Source: an uncultured delta proteobacterium
Lineage (GTDB): Bacteria > Desulfobacterota > Binatia > Binatales > Binataceae
Length of the DNA stretch: 64,000 nucleotides
Reading direction: 5' to 3'
Assembly (NCBI GenBank): GCA_963794325.1
Contig: CAWCDG010000003.1
Coordinates: forward strand, 160,001-224,000
Part shown: piece by piece, positions 20,291 to 29,792 of the stretch
Numbering within the stretch: position 1 is the first letter of the stretch
Layout: each line of letters starts with the position of its first letter
Made by a program: the position numbers and the translations under genes
Notes under the pieces: generated by a model
Seen by the model: the letters and a program-made list of their open reading frames with translations, nothing else
Databases searched by the model: none
What the model was told of the DNA's origin: nothing

Positions 20291-20695
20291 GTGCCGGTTC
20301 CAAAAAAGCTATTCCTTTCGCACGCGAGCGTAGACCGTCCATTCGTAAACAGGCTGGCTACATTTCTGATGGGACGAAAAATCCCTTTCTGGTACAGCAA
20401 GCGTCATCTTGTAGGGGCTCAGCAGTGGCACGATGAGATCGGGAAAGCACTCAAGAGTTGTGATTGGTTTCTGGTGGTTATTTCTCCTGCGGCGGTGAGA
20501 TCCAAATGGGTAAAGCGGGAATTGATGTACGCGTTGAATGACGATCGCTACGAAAACCGGATTATTCCGTTGCTTTACAAGCCGTGCGACACCGAAGCGT
20601 TGTCATGGACGCTCGCGAGCCTGCAGCGTGTCGATTTTTCTAAAAACTTCGAAGAGAGCTGTCGCGAGTTAACCAAGATCTGGCGGCGTAGTTAG
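20291..20695 (+). CDS. Stand-alone TIR-domain protein 2
   Basis: LFLSHASVD, WHDEIGKAL, VISPAAVRSKWVKRE (putative catalytic Glu), IIPLLY. Confidence 0.88.
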   Translation: MPVPKKLFLSHASVDRPFVNRLATFLMGRKIPFWYSKRHLVGAQQWHDEIGKALKSCDWFLVVISPAAVRSKWVKRELMYALNDDRYENRIIPLLYKPCDTEALSWTLASLQRVDFSKNFEESCRELTKIWRRS

Positions 20696-20712
20696 CTTTC
20701 ACGCGTAAAGCG

Positions 20713-21538
20713 CTACGGCAATATCGCGAATGCGCGAGCGGGGAAGCCCAGGCCATGCTGTGGCTTCGGCCAGCTCACTACTATCAACGCGCCGGTGGCC
20801 GGCACCTTGTCGAGATTCGCCATCACCTCGATCTGCCAGTGGCCGTGCCTGAGCAGCCAGGTCTCGGACTCGAGAGTGGGCGTCGGGTCCGTGTCCATCG
20901 ACTCGTGGCCGTTCGCGATGATGCCGCGCTGCTCATATAGAAATCGGATCGCCGCGGGTGACCACGCCGGGAATGGATTGCGCTCGAAGCGCGCGGGATT
21001 GTTGTCCCAGTCCTTGTACATGTCGGTGCGCAACGCGGCGAAGCAGCCCGCCGGGACGCGGCCGTGGATCTGCTCCCACGCTTGAATGTCGTCGACGGTG
21101 AGCAGGTGATTGGGATCGCTCTTGAGCATCGGGGTCAGATCGAAAACCACCAGTTGGCAGGATCATCTGTTTGACGGGAATCTCGTCCACCGTTGCGCCT
21201 GCCGCGTCGAAGTGCGCAGGCGGATCGATATGCGTGCCGTACTGTCCGACCATCGCGAAGAACTGCGCGCGAAATCCGTCGTAATCGATAGTGTAAGGCC
21301 GGCCGGTCGCGGGGTCCGCGGCCGCGGAGAAAGTTGCGGGGCCGAATCCTTTCCACACCGGCGTCAAGGGACTGAACGAATGCGTCAAATCGACGAACTG
21401 CTTGGACTCGATTGTCCGGTACGCGTCCGCGAGCGATTGCGACTGCGCCGACGCGATCGCTGCCGCATCGACGATGAAAGCTACGACGAAGAGCAGCAAC
21501 AACGCGCACGTGACCAAACGGGCTGGCGTTCTTTCCAT
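20713..21538 (-). CDS. Secreted cyclase-family (kynurenine formamidase-like) protein, frameshift near 21152
   Basis: VDLTHSF, GQYGTHIDPPAHF; ALRTD, GHESMDTD, QIEVMANLDKVP, GFPARAFAI. Confidence 0.85.
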
Positions 21539-21706
21539 GGGCTACCTCTTCGTGGATGGTTCAGAGACCTTCAACTTTCTCTAACAGCGAAAGTTTCGCT
21601 TCACTCAGGAAGCCCGCTTCATTAGTATTCGTTGACGGGTCGACGGGATGCTTGCTAGCCTTCAACTGTAACGAATTAACCTATATATCAAGCGCCAGAG
21701 GCATCA

Positions 21707-22240
21707 ATGGCATTAACTAAAAGCGGGCTCGAGTCGGCCAAGGGCGACGAAATCCTGCTCGGCGATACCGCGGTCCTGACCCGGCTCGACAAAGCTATCG
21801 GGTGGGCGCGAAAATTTTCGATCTTTCCGTATCCGTTCGCGACCGCGTGCTGCGCGATGGAATATATGTCGCTCTCGATGACGCCCTACGACATCGATCG
21901 TTTCGGCGCGCTGCTGCCGCGCTTCACCCCGCGCCAGGCGGATCTGTTGATGGTGATCGGCACCGTGACGGTTCGCCAGGGGCCGATTCTGCGCCGGGTT
22001 TACGAGCAGATGGCGGAGCCGAAATGGGTGATGGCGTTTGGCGCGTGCGCTTCGACCGGCGGTTTTTACGACAACTATGCGACGCTTCCCGGTATCGACC
22101 GGATCGTCCCGGTTGACGTGTATGTTCCCGGATGTCCGCCGCGGCCCGAGGGCGTGCTCGACGCGCTGATGGCGTTGCAGCGGAAAATCCAGGGGCAGAA
22201 GCAGAAACTGATGGCGCTCAGCGAAAAGCATCCCGCCTGA
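21707..22240 (+). CDS. nuoB: NADH-quinone oxidoreductase subunit B
   Basis: ATACCAMEY, PRQADL, GACASTGG, VYVPGCPPRPE. Confidence 0.93.
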   Translation: MALTKSGLESAKGDEILLGDTAVLTRLDKAIGWARKFSIFPYPFATACCAMEYMSLSMTPYDIDRFGALLPRFTPRQADLLMVIGTVTVRQGPILRRVYEQMAEPKWVMAFGACASTGGFYDNYATLPGIDRIVPVDVYVPGCPPRPEGVLDALMALQRKIQGQKQKLMALSEKHPA

Positions 22241-22256
22241 CGGAAACTGGACTCAA

Positions 22257-23546
22257 ATGGAACGGATACTGACTCGCTGGCTGGATATCCCTGATCTTCG
22301 CAAGCTCGACGTGTACGTCGGCAACGGCGGATACAAGGCGCTGCGCAAGGCGCTGTTCGAGATGAAGCCCGAGGAGATTATCAACGAGGTCAAGAACTCG
22401 AATCTCCGCGGACGCGGCGGAGCGGCGTTTCCCACCGGCGTGAAGTGGAGTTTCATTCCCAAAGATTCCAAGAAACCGGTGTACCTGTGCTGCAACGCCG
22501 ATGAGAGCGAGCCCGGCACGTTTGCGAATCGCTACGAGATCGAATTCGATCCGCACTGCATCATCGAGGGTATCGCGATCGCATGCCGCGCGGTCGGCGC
22601 GCATACCGCGTACACCTACCTGCGCGGCGAGTTCACCGTGCAGAAGAGAATTTTCGACGCAGCTGTCGCGGAGGCATACGCCAACAACTACCTCGGCAAG
22701 AACATCCTCGGCAGCGGCTTCGACCTCGACATCTACACGCATCGCGGTGCCGGCGCGTACATCTGTGGCGAGGAAACCGGATTGCTCGAATCGCTCGAAG
22801 GCAAGCGCGCGTATCCGCGCAATCGCCCGCCGTTCCCCGCAATCCAGGGGGCGTTCGGATGCCCGACGGTCGTAAACAATGTCGAGACGCTGTCGAACGT
22901 CCCGCACATCATCAATCGCGGCGCCGATTGGTACAAATCAATCGGCCCCGAGAAAAGTCCCGGACCGAAACTGTTCTGCCTCTCCGGCCACGTCAACAAA
23001 CCGGGCCTGTACGAATTGCCGATGGGGTTTCCGCTGAAGGATCTGATCTACGATATCGGCGGCGGAATTCTCGACGGCAAAGCGCTGAAGGGAGTAATCC
23101 CCGGCGGCTCCTCGTTTCCAATCTTCACCGCCGATGAGGCCGTCAAAGTGAACATGGATTTCGATTCTGTGCGCGCCGCGGGCTCGCTGATGGGTACAGC
23201 CGGCGTGATGGTGATCGACAGCGATACGTGCATGGTCGACGCGCTCAAGACGATCGCGCATTTTTATCATCACGAATCATGCGGACAGTGTACGCCGTGC
23301 CGCGAGGGATGCGGCTGGATCGAAAAGTTGCTCATCGAGCTAGAAGCGGGCCGCGGCAAGATGGAAGACCTCAAGGTCATGTACGAAGCCGCCGCCAACA
23401 TGGAAGGCAACACGATCTGCGTGCTGGCCGACAGCCTCTCGATGCCGGTGAAGAGCTTCCTGCCGAAATATCGCGACGAATTCGAAGCGCACATCAAGCT
23501 CGGGCGCTGTCCGTTCAAAACTGCTCCCGCACAACAGGCGGCGTGA
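22257..23546 (+). CDS. nuoF: NADH-quinone oxidoreductase subunit F
   Basis: LRGRGGAAFPTGVKW, NADESEPGT, GAGAYICGEETGL, ESCGQCTPCREG. Confidence 0.95.
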   Translation: MERILTRWLDIPDLRKLDVYVGNGGYKALRKALFEMKPEEIINEVKNSNLRGRGGAAFPTGVKWSFIPKDSKKPVYLCCNADESEPGTFANRYEIEFDPHCIIEGIAIACRAVGAHTAYTYLRGEFTVQKRIFDAAVAEAYANNYLGKNILGSGFDLDIYTHRGAGAYICGEETGLLESLEGKRAYPRNRPPFPAIQGAFGCPTVVNNVETLSNVPHIINRGADWYKSIGPEKSPGPKLFCLSGHVNKPGLYELPMGFPLKDLIYDIGGGILDGKALKGVIPGGSSFPIFTADEAVKVNMDFDSVRAAGSLMGTAGVMVIDSDTCMVDALKTIAHFYHHESCGQCTPCREGCGWIEKLLIELEAGRGKMEDLKVMYEAAANMEGNTICVLADSLSMPVKSFLPKYRDEFEAHIKLGRCPFKTAPAQQAA

Positions 23547-23555
23547 GATAGTCGG

Positions 23556-25142
23556 ATGCCGAAGCTGACGATCGACGGCAAGGAAGTTGAGGCTGGCGCC
23601 AACCTGAATCTGATTCAGGCGGCCGAACTCGCCGATATCGAGATTCCGCACTACTGCTTCCATCCTGGCTTGTCGATCCCGGGCAACTGCCGGATGTGCC
23701 TGGTCGAAGTCGAGAAGGCGCCCAAGCTGCAAATCGCCTGCAACACGCGCGTCGCCGAAGGGATGGTCGTGCATACCACCAGCGACAAGGCGAAGATCGC
23801 GCAGAAGGCGGTGCTCGAATTCCTGCTGATCAATCATCCGATCGATTGTCCGGTTTGCGATCAGGCCGGCGAGTGCAAGCTGCAAGACTACTACATGGAC
23901 TACGATCAGCAGCCGTCGCGCTTTCCGCTGCCCGAGAAAAATCACAAGGGCAAGGCGATCGACATCGGATCGGGCGTGATGCTCGATCAGGAGAGATGCA
24001 TCCTGTGCGCGCGATGCACCCGCTTTTTCGACGAAGTGACTCACACGTCAGAACTCGCGATATTCGGGCGCGGCGATCACAACGTCATCGACATCAATCC
24101 CGGCCAGCCGGTCAACAACAAGTACGCCGGCAATGTCGTCGATATATGTCCGGTCGGCGCGCTCACTGAAAAAGATTTCCGCTTCCGGATGCGCGTATGG
24201 TACCTGCATCGCACGGCGTCGGTGTGCGGCGGATGCGAGCGCGGATGCGCGATCGACATCCATCACCATCGCGGACGCGTCTACCGCTTTAAGCCGCGCT
24301 TCAATCCGGGCGTCAATGAGTACTGGATGTGCGACGAGGGCCGCCACAGCTTCCCAGCGCTGCAGATGGAGACGCGGCTCACGTCGCCGCTAGTGCAGGC
24401 GAAGGATCAGCTGGTCGTCGAGGCGTGGGGCGAAGGCGTCCGGCGCGCGGCGTCGATCATCGCAGACTACAAGCGGACATACGGCCCCAATTCGATCGCG
24501 GCGGTAGTCGATGCGACCTCGACTAACGAGGAGGCGTTCGCGCTGAAGCAGTTTATGAAGACTGCGATCGGATCGGATCGAATCGCGGCGCTAAGTTGGT
24601 CGCCGCCCGGCGCCAGTAGCGATGATCCGTTGCTGATCCGCGCCAATAAAAATCCCAACACGCGCGGACTCGCGGCGCTCGGGTTCTCTGCCGACAGACT
24701 CGACGGCCTTGCGGCGGCAGTCGCGTCGGGCGAGCTCAAGATGCTGATCGCATTCCGCGCCGACCTGGTCCGCGCACTCGGCGAAGAGGAGTTCGTCAGG
24801 CGCTTCGGCGCGCTCGACTACATGCTGGTGCTATCGACCGACGCCAACGAAACCTGCCAGATGGCGAACCAGGTGTGGCCGATTGCGGCGTATCCTGAAC
24901 TCGACGGCAGCTTCACGAATTTCCAGGGCCGCGTGCAGCGAATCAACGCCGCGTTCCCGCCGCCGGGAAACGCAATCGCGGGCATCGAAGCAATCGCGCG
25001 GCTAGGTCATGCGCTCGACGGTACCGATCGTCCGCACACACCGGACGCAGTATTCGCCGCTATGGCATCTGCAGAGCCGGCCTTCAAGGGACTCAACCTC
25101 GCGATGTTGGGCGAGCACGGCACCGACCTCGCCGCCAGCTGA
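23556..25142 (+). CDS. nuoG: NADH-quinone oxidoreductase subunit G (short form, 528 aa)
   Basis: IPHYCFHP...GNCRMCLVE, NHPIDCPVCDQAGEC, CILCARC, CGGCERGC, MCDEGR. Confidence 0.9.
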   Translation: MPKLTIDGKEVEAGANLNLIQAAELADIEIPHYCFHPGLSIPGNCRMCLVEVEKAPKLQIACNTRVAEGMVVHTTSDKAKIAQKAVLEFLLINHPIDCPVCDQAGECKLQDYYMDYDQQPSRFPLPEKNHKGKAIDIGSGVMLDQERCILCARCTRFFDEVTHTSELAIFGRGDHNVIDINPGQPVNNKYAGNVVDICPVGALTEKDFRFRMRVWYLHRTASVCGGCERGCAIDIHHHRGRVYRFKPRFNPGVNEYWMCDEGRHSFPALQMETRLTSPLVQAKDQLVVEAWGEGVRRAASIIADYKRTYGPNSIAAVVDATSTNEEAFALKQFMKTAIGSDRIAALSWSPPGASSDDPLLIRANKNPNTRGLAALGFSADRLDGLAAAVASGELKMLIAFRADLVRALGEEEFVRRFGALDYMLVLSTDANETCQMANQVWPIAAYPELDGSFTNFQGRVQRINAAFPPPGNAIAGIEAIARLGHALDGTDRPHTPDAVFAAMASAEPAFKGLNLAMLGEHGTDLAAS

Positions 25143-25211
25143 ATTCCAAATTCTCGCCACAATAGATGTCGGCCTTTTTATTCGGAGGGCCGCAGGTCTA
25201 GCGCGCCGCGT

Positions 25212-26597
25212 CTAACGCGCGGGTTTTGGCGGAACGTAAGGGTCGGGAGTGCCCGGTGGAATAGGGGGCTCCTTCTTCAAGGACGCGAGATGTTCAGCTA
25301 GCGACTTGGTGATCGGGAAGCGGGCCCACAAGTCCTCAAGGACGCGCGGATCGGTTGGATGTTCTTCCTTGGGATCGATCAAGAGATCGAAGAACAGCGG
25401 AGTACTGTAATTGCTCACCGGCTCGCCGAAGCCTTTCGAAAACGTCTTCATCATCATTTTCCAGTCCCGCCACTTGACGCCGAAAAGATCGTTGCCGACA
25501 TAGATGATAACCGAATCCCTGTTCGAGCGTGGCTGCGTTCCGGTGAGAAAGTCGAGTTGGTCGACACCGTCGATGATGCGGTCGGCGGGCACCTTGCCCC
25601 CGGCGATTCGGGCGAGCGTGGGAAAGAGATCCATTTCATGAATAATTTCGTTGCTGACGCTTCCGGGCGGAAAGTGTCCCGGCCAGCGCATGAGCAACGG
25701 TACTCGCAGTGAGCCCTCCATGGCCGTGAAGTAGGTGCCGCGCCACGGCCCGCTGAAGCCGTAATATGGTTCGAACATTTCGGGGCCGTTGTCTGAGGTG
25801 AAGATGAAAATCGTGTTGTCACGCACGCCCATCTGGTCGAGGGCATCGAGTAGACGACCCGCGTAGTCGTCCATCTGTACAAGCACGTCGGCGAAGTCGC
25901 CGTTTCCGGTTTTACCCTGGAATGGAGCCTCCGGCAAAGTCGGAAAATGAAGTTGCGTGTAGGGAATGTAGGCGAAGAAGGGATTGTGGGCCGTGACACT
26001 GCGCTGCATGAAGTCGATGGCATGCTCCGTCAGCTCCCGGTCGATCGTTCTCCGCTCATTCAGATCGTAGACCTTTACGTTTTTTGGGGTTTCTCCTTTA
26101 CGTGCTTCCATCACGTACTCAAATTTCGCCAGAGGACTCGAGTCGGAGCGGAAGCGCGAACTCTGCGGCCAAAAGGACTCGTCTGATGAATTCGGTATGC
26201 CGTACCATTCGTCGAATCCCCGGTCGGTTGGAAAGCGCCCCGGTGTGTCGCCGAGATGCCATTTGCCGAATGCACCCGTGGCGTAGCCGGTCTGGGACAG
26301 CATTTCCGAAAGCGTGACTTCCCACCGGGTCAAACCGTAATTCTCGGCGAATAGCGGCACCGTGCCGTTGCCGGTGCGCACCGCATATCGCCCCGTCATC
26401 AGAGCCGCGCGGCTGGGTGTACACTGAGCCTCGACGTTGAAATTGAGCGCGCGAAATCCTTCGCCGGCCAGTCTATCGAGCCGGGGCGTCGGAGCGCCTC
26501 GCAGGATGCCGCCTCCATAAACGCCAAGTTCGCCCCAACCAAGATTATCCATCAGCACCAAAACAATGTTGGGTTTGGCGCCCTGTTCTGAATTCAT
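25212..26597 (-). CDS. Arylsulfatase (Cys-type, formylglycine-dependent)
   Basis: PNIVLVLMDNLG, CTPSRAALMTG (CxPxR), GKWHLG, FTSDNG. Confidence 0.92.
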   Translation of the reverse strand: MNSEQGAKPNIVLVLMDNLGWGELGVYGGGILRGAPTPRLDRLAGEGFRALNFNVEAQCTPSRAALMTGRYAVRTGNGTVPLFAENYGLTRWEVTLSEMLSQTGYATGAFGKWHLGDTPGRFPTDRGFDEWYGIPNSSDESFWPQSSRFRSDSSPLAKFEYVMEARKGETPKNVKVYDLNERRTIDRELTEHAIDFMQRSVTAHNPFFAYIPYTQLHFPTLPEAPFQGKTGNGDFADVLVQMDDYAGRLLDALDQMGVRDNTIFIFTSDNGPEMFEPYYGFSGPWRGTYFTAMEGSLRVPLLMRWPGHFPPGSVSNEIIHEMDLFPTLARIAGGKVPADRIIDGVDQLDFLTGTQPRSNRDSVIIYVGNDLFGVKWRDWKMMMKTFSKGFGEPVSNYSTPLFFDLLIDPKEEHPTDPRVLEDLWARFPITKSLAEHLASLKKEPPIPPGTPDPYVPPKPAR

Positions 26598-26615
26598 TTT
26601 CCTTGCCTCCAAGCG

Positions 26616-27497
26616 CTAGGGAATCTGCTCGCGGATGAACTTGCCGATGCCCTCGATCGCTTGCTGGGCCTCGGGCAGAACGCCGGCGTACGACTGAAAG
26701 CGATGAATCATTTCCGGCCAGACTTCAAGTTTGACCTGAACTCCGGCTGCGCGTGCGCGTTGCGCGAGGCGGGTCGAGTCGTCCAGCAGAACCTCGTGGT
26801 CGCCAACCTGGATCAGCAGCGGTGGGAATCCCTTAGGATCGGCGTAAAGCGGAGAGGCCAGCGGGGCGCGCGGATTCTTGCCGGCCAGGTAAGCGTTCCC
26901 CAGCAGTCCGACGCCGTCGGCCGTGAAAATCGGATCGACGTCCTTCCGTGTCTTCATCGACTCGCCCGTGAACTCCAAATCGATCATCGGCGAAAGGCAT
27001 ACGGCCGCCGCAGGCATCGCGAGTCCGGCGTCGCGGCCAGCAACCAGTATCGCGAGCGTCAACGCGGCGCCTGCAGAATCTCCCGCTATAGCAATGCGCG
27101 ATGGAGGCAGTCCCTGTGCGAGCAAGAACCGATAGCCCGCGACGGAGTCGTCCACCGCGGCCGGAAACGGATGCTCGGGTGCAAGGCGATAGTCCAATCC
27201 CAGCACGCGGGCCTGCGCGGCGCGCGAAATGCGGCCCATCAGATTGCGATGGGTATTCAGGGAGCCCATTACATAGCCGCCGCCATGTAAGTAGAGCACG
27301 GTACGATCGGCGGCAGCGCCCGGCGCGCTGATCCATTCTGCCTTGACCCCGTTAGCAAGAACGGGCTCGCTTTTGACGTCGGGTTCCGCTGGCCGCGCCA
27401 TCTGTTCGTTGAGCGCGCGCATCTCCGCAATGCTTCCGGCCTTACTGATCAGGGCTTTAATCGTGTCGATTACCTGCTGCAACTGTGGACTCGCCAT
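26616..27497 (-). CDS. Alpha/beta hydrolase (HSL-family esterase)
   Basis: LHGGGY, DYRLAPEHPFPAA, GDSAG, EVLLDD, MIH. Confidence 0.92.
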   Translation of the reverse strand: MASPQLQQVIDTIKALISKAGSIAEMRALNEQMARPAEPDVKSEPVLANGVKAEWISAPGAAADRTVLYLHGGGYVMGSLNTHRNLMGRISRAAQARVLGLDYRLAPEHPFPAAVDDSVAGYRFLLAQGLPPSRIAIAGDSAGAALTLAILVAGRDAGLAMPAAAVCLSPMIDLEFTGESMKTRKDVDPIFTADGVGLLGNAYLAGKNPRAPLASPLYADPKGFPPLLIQVGDHEVLLDDSTRLAQRARAAGVQVKLEVWPEMIHRFQSYAGVLPEAQQAIEGIGKFIREQIP

Positions 27498-27570
27498 CGT
27501 CGGAAACACTCCTTAGTGGGTAAAGCACGCCGACCAGCGCGCGTTTTTTCGAAACTAGCCCGAGTTATCC

Positions 27571-28839
27571 TCAGGCGCAAATATTTTGGCTGGTGCTTGA
27601 AAGTTTGACAGCCGTGTCTCGCCCACGATCGATCGTCACGTTGAGGATCTCGCTTGAGCGCGCCATCGGCGGATCGCAGTGCGGCGCCAACTGATCGAAG
27701 AAACTGTCCGGCTCGATTACCGCCTCGGGCGCGAACACTCCGGGTGAGGCGAGGCGTCCTTCCAACAATTGCCGTAACCCGAGCGCCAGCGGCACGCCCG
27801 TCGACTTCGCCATTCCTCTCGGAACAGTGCTGACCGATACGCCGACGCGCGCCGCCTTCCCGTCCTTGGTTCCAGCGGCGAACGCGAAGAACGGAGGCAA
27901 ATCGCCATGACCTTTGAGGCCCAACGACTTTACTACCGCCTTGAGGGTTCGAAGCGCGCCTGGGGCAATCATGATCGCTGCTGCCTGCTCGTTCGTGAGG
28001 GTCTTTTGATCCAGCGCCGCGTTGAGATCCTTTAGAAGGGAAAGCGCTTGAGTCGTAAGGATCATCAAGCATGCGCTCCGCCCATGAATCCCTAATGTCT
28101 CGCGCATAGTCAGCGGCTCGGGATGACCGACGGTGTAGGCCGTGCCGCGCCCGCGGCCGGGATAATCAAGCTCCACCGCATCAAGCGGCGGTCGATTAAC
28201 GAGTCGTCCGCCCTCGACTACGCGAATTACCCCAGAAATCTGCTGCATCAAATGACTGACTGCCGCGCTCGGCTTTCCGTTTTGATCCACCAATGACTCT
28301 TTGTCTTCGCTAATCGAAACACCGCCGATCGGCACGTCCAAGGGCCACGCGGTATACAGGTCGGTGACTTCGTCGAGCTCGCGCGCAGCCACCTTGGCGA
28401 GCAGGTTCGACACGCCTGGGCTCGCTCCCATGCCAATCACCGCCACAACCCCGGCGTTGGTTGCGTTCTGATGCTCGCGCATCATATCCAGCGTCGGTTC
28501 CCAGTCATCGCAGATATCCAGATAGTGCGTGCGCGCTTCGATCGCTGCACGCAGGATTGGAACTCCGAACTTATGAAATGGCCCGGTTGTATTGAGCACT
28601 GCGCCCGCTTCGCTCAGCAGTCGCCGGAGCGCCATGCTATCGGTAACGTCGATTCGTTCGGCGCGTATCCTGACCCTGGCCGATGTGGCCGTCTCCGCGG
28701 CGATCCTTTCCGCAGCCGCGAGATCGCGATCGCCGACGATAACTTCGCGTATGCCATCAAGTGATGCCGCAGTCCGCGCCGCGACACGGCCCATGTTTCC
28801 GGCACCGCCGAGCACCACGATTCGTTCGATTGGTTTCAT
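27571..28839 (-). CDS. Saccharopine dehydrogenase-like NAD(P)-dependent oxidoreductase
   Basis: VLGGAGNMG, NTTGPF, HYLDICDD, GMGASPGVSN, GVFAPE. Confidence 0.85.
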   Translation of the reverse strand: MKPIERIVVLGGAGNMGRVAARTAASLDGIREVIVGDRDLAAAERIAAETATSARVRIRAERIDVTDSMALRRLLSEAGAVLNTTGPFHKFGVPILRAAIEARTHYLDICDDWEPTLDMMREHQNATNAGVVAVIGMGASPGVSNLLAKVAARELDEVTDLYTAWPLDVPIGGVSISEDKESLVDQNGKPSAAVSHLMQQISGVIRVVEGGRLVNRPPLDAVELDYPGRGRGTAYTVGHPEPLTMRETLGIHGRSACLMILTTQALSLLKDLNAALDQKTLTNEQAAAIMIAPGALRTLKAVVKSLGLKGHGDLPPFFAFAAGTKDGKAARVGVSVSTVPRGMAKSTGVPLALGLRQLLEGRLASPGVFAPEAVIEPDSFFDQLAPHCDPPMARSSEILNVTIDRGRDTAVKLSSTSQNICA

Positions 28840-28862
28840 AGCAGATATCACAACCCCAAAAG

Positions 28863-28929
28863 TTGAACAGTAGTCAGTTTATAACAAAGCGATCTCTTTG
28901 TGGCAAGCCCGATATTGAACATCCGTCAA
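28863..28929. promoter_or_regulatory. Two candidate TetR operators in a divergent promoter
   Basis: TTGAACAgtaGTCAG (28863-28877) and TTGAACAtccGTCAA (28915-28929): quasi-palindromic and repeated. Confidence 0.55.
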
Positions 28930-28953
28930 GTTTGGATGTATCTTCTCAAACCT

Positions 28954-29601
28954 ATGGCGAAGACTCCGAGGAAAAGCCGTGAGCGGACGGTATCGCCGGC
29001 GGGGCGGCGAGCCATTCCCAAGCAGGAGCGGTCCCGAGAGCGGGTCGCCACGATTCTCGCGGCGACCGCCAGACTCCTCGCTCAATCCGGTTTCGATGCG
29101 TTGAATACGCGTCAGATTGCGGCCGCCGCCAAGCTGCCCCCAGGCCTCATCTATCACTACTTTCCGAATAAAGGAGCCATCGTGATGCTTCTGGCCGAGC
29201 AGACTGTTCAGCCGCTGCGCCAGGAACTCGCGCAAATGCTCAGTGGGGCAAAGGCGATATCTTGGAGAGAAGCGATCCGTCGGTTGATCGGCAAGCTCAC
29301 CGCAGCCTACCGGGCAGAGCCGGCGGCAACCGCAATCCTGCAGGCACTGCAGAGCGATCCGGAGCTCAGGCAGTTAAACATGGAGATGAACGATCGGTTC
29401 GCTCGAATGATCGCAAAATTCCTGCGCGCAGCAGGAGCCCGCGTCGATTCGAGAACTCTGCTCCGCGCGGCTCGTCTGGTCGTTCTGGTTTGCGACGCCG
29501 TAGCTCCTGACCTTGTCAGCGCCGGCCCCTTTGCCGCCGAGCAACTGCGGGACGAAGTGTCAGAGCTGTTGGTCGCCTACCTTGGAAAATACGTGCGCTG
29601 A
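28954..29601 (+). CDS. TetR-family regulator
   Basis: PKQERSRERVATILAAT...NTRQIAAAAKLPPGLIYHYFPNK. Confidence 0.92.
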   Translation: MAKTPRKSRERTVSPAGRRAIPKQERSRERVATILAATARLLAQSGFDALNTRQIAAAAKLPPGLIYHYFPNKGAIVMLLAEQTVQPLRQELAQMLSGAKAISWREAIRRLIGKLTAAYRAEPAATAILQALQSDPELRQLNMEMNDRFARMIAKFLRAAGARVDSRTLLRAARLVVLVCDAVAPDLVSAGPFAAEQLRDEVSELLVAYLGKYVR

Positions 29602-29651
29602 GTCCAGACTGTTGCAGTGCTTGTGACCTGGCTGCGGGATGATCTGAGTTA

Positions 29652-29792
29652 TCACCCGTGGCAGTTGAAGCGGAAGCTTGATTTGCCAGTGCGGATTTGG
29701 GCGATTCGAGTTTTGATCTTCGGCGTGATCGGCAAATCCGGGAATGCTTTGAGGAATGCCTGCAAGCCTGCGGCCGTCTTGGCGGCGTCTTG
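29652..29792 (-). pseudogene. Orphan 3' fragment of a paralog of the 31117..31866 gene
   Basis: Encodes QDAAKTAAGLQAFLKAFPDLPITPKIKTRIAQIRTGKSSFRFNCHG*, versus EDAGRTAEGLQAFIVAFPDLPITPKIRTRIVQIRSGKSSFRFNCYAG*. Confidence 0.75.

Noticed and set aside
19888-21538. A complete Thoeris or Pycsar system using the neighbouring cyclase
   Set aside because: The cyclase is a secreted kynurenine-formamidase-type metallohydrolase, not a nucleotide cyclase, and no ThsA is present
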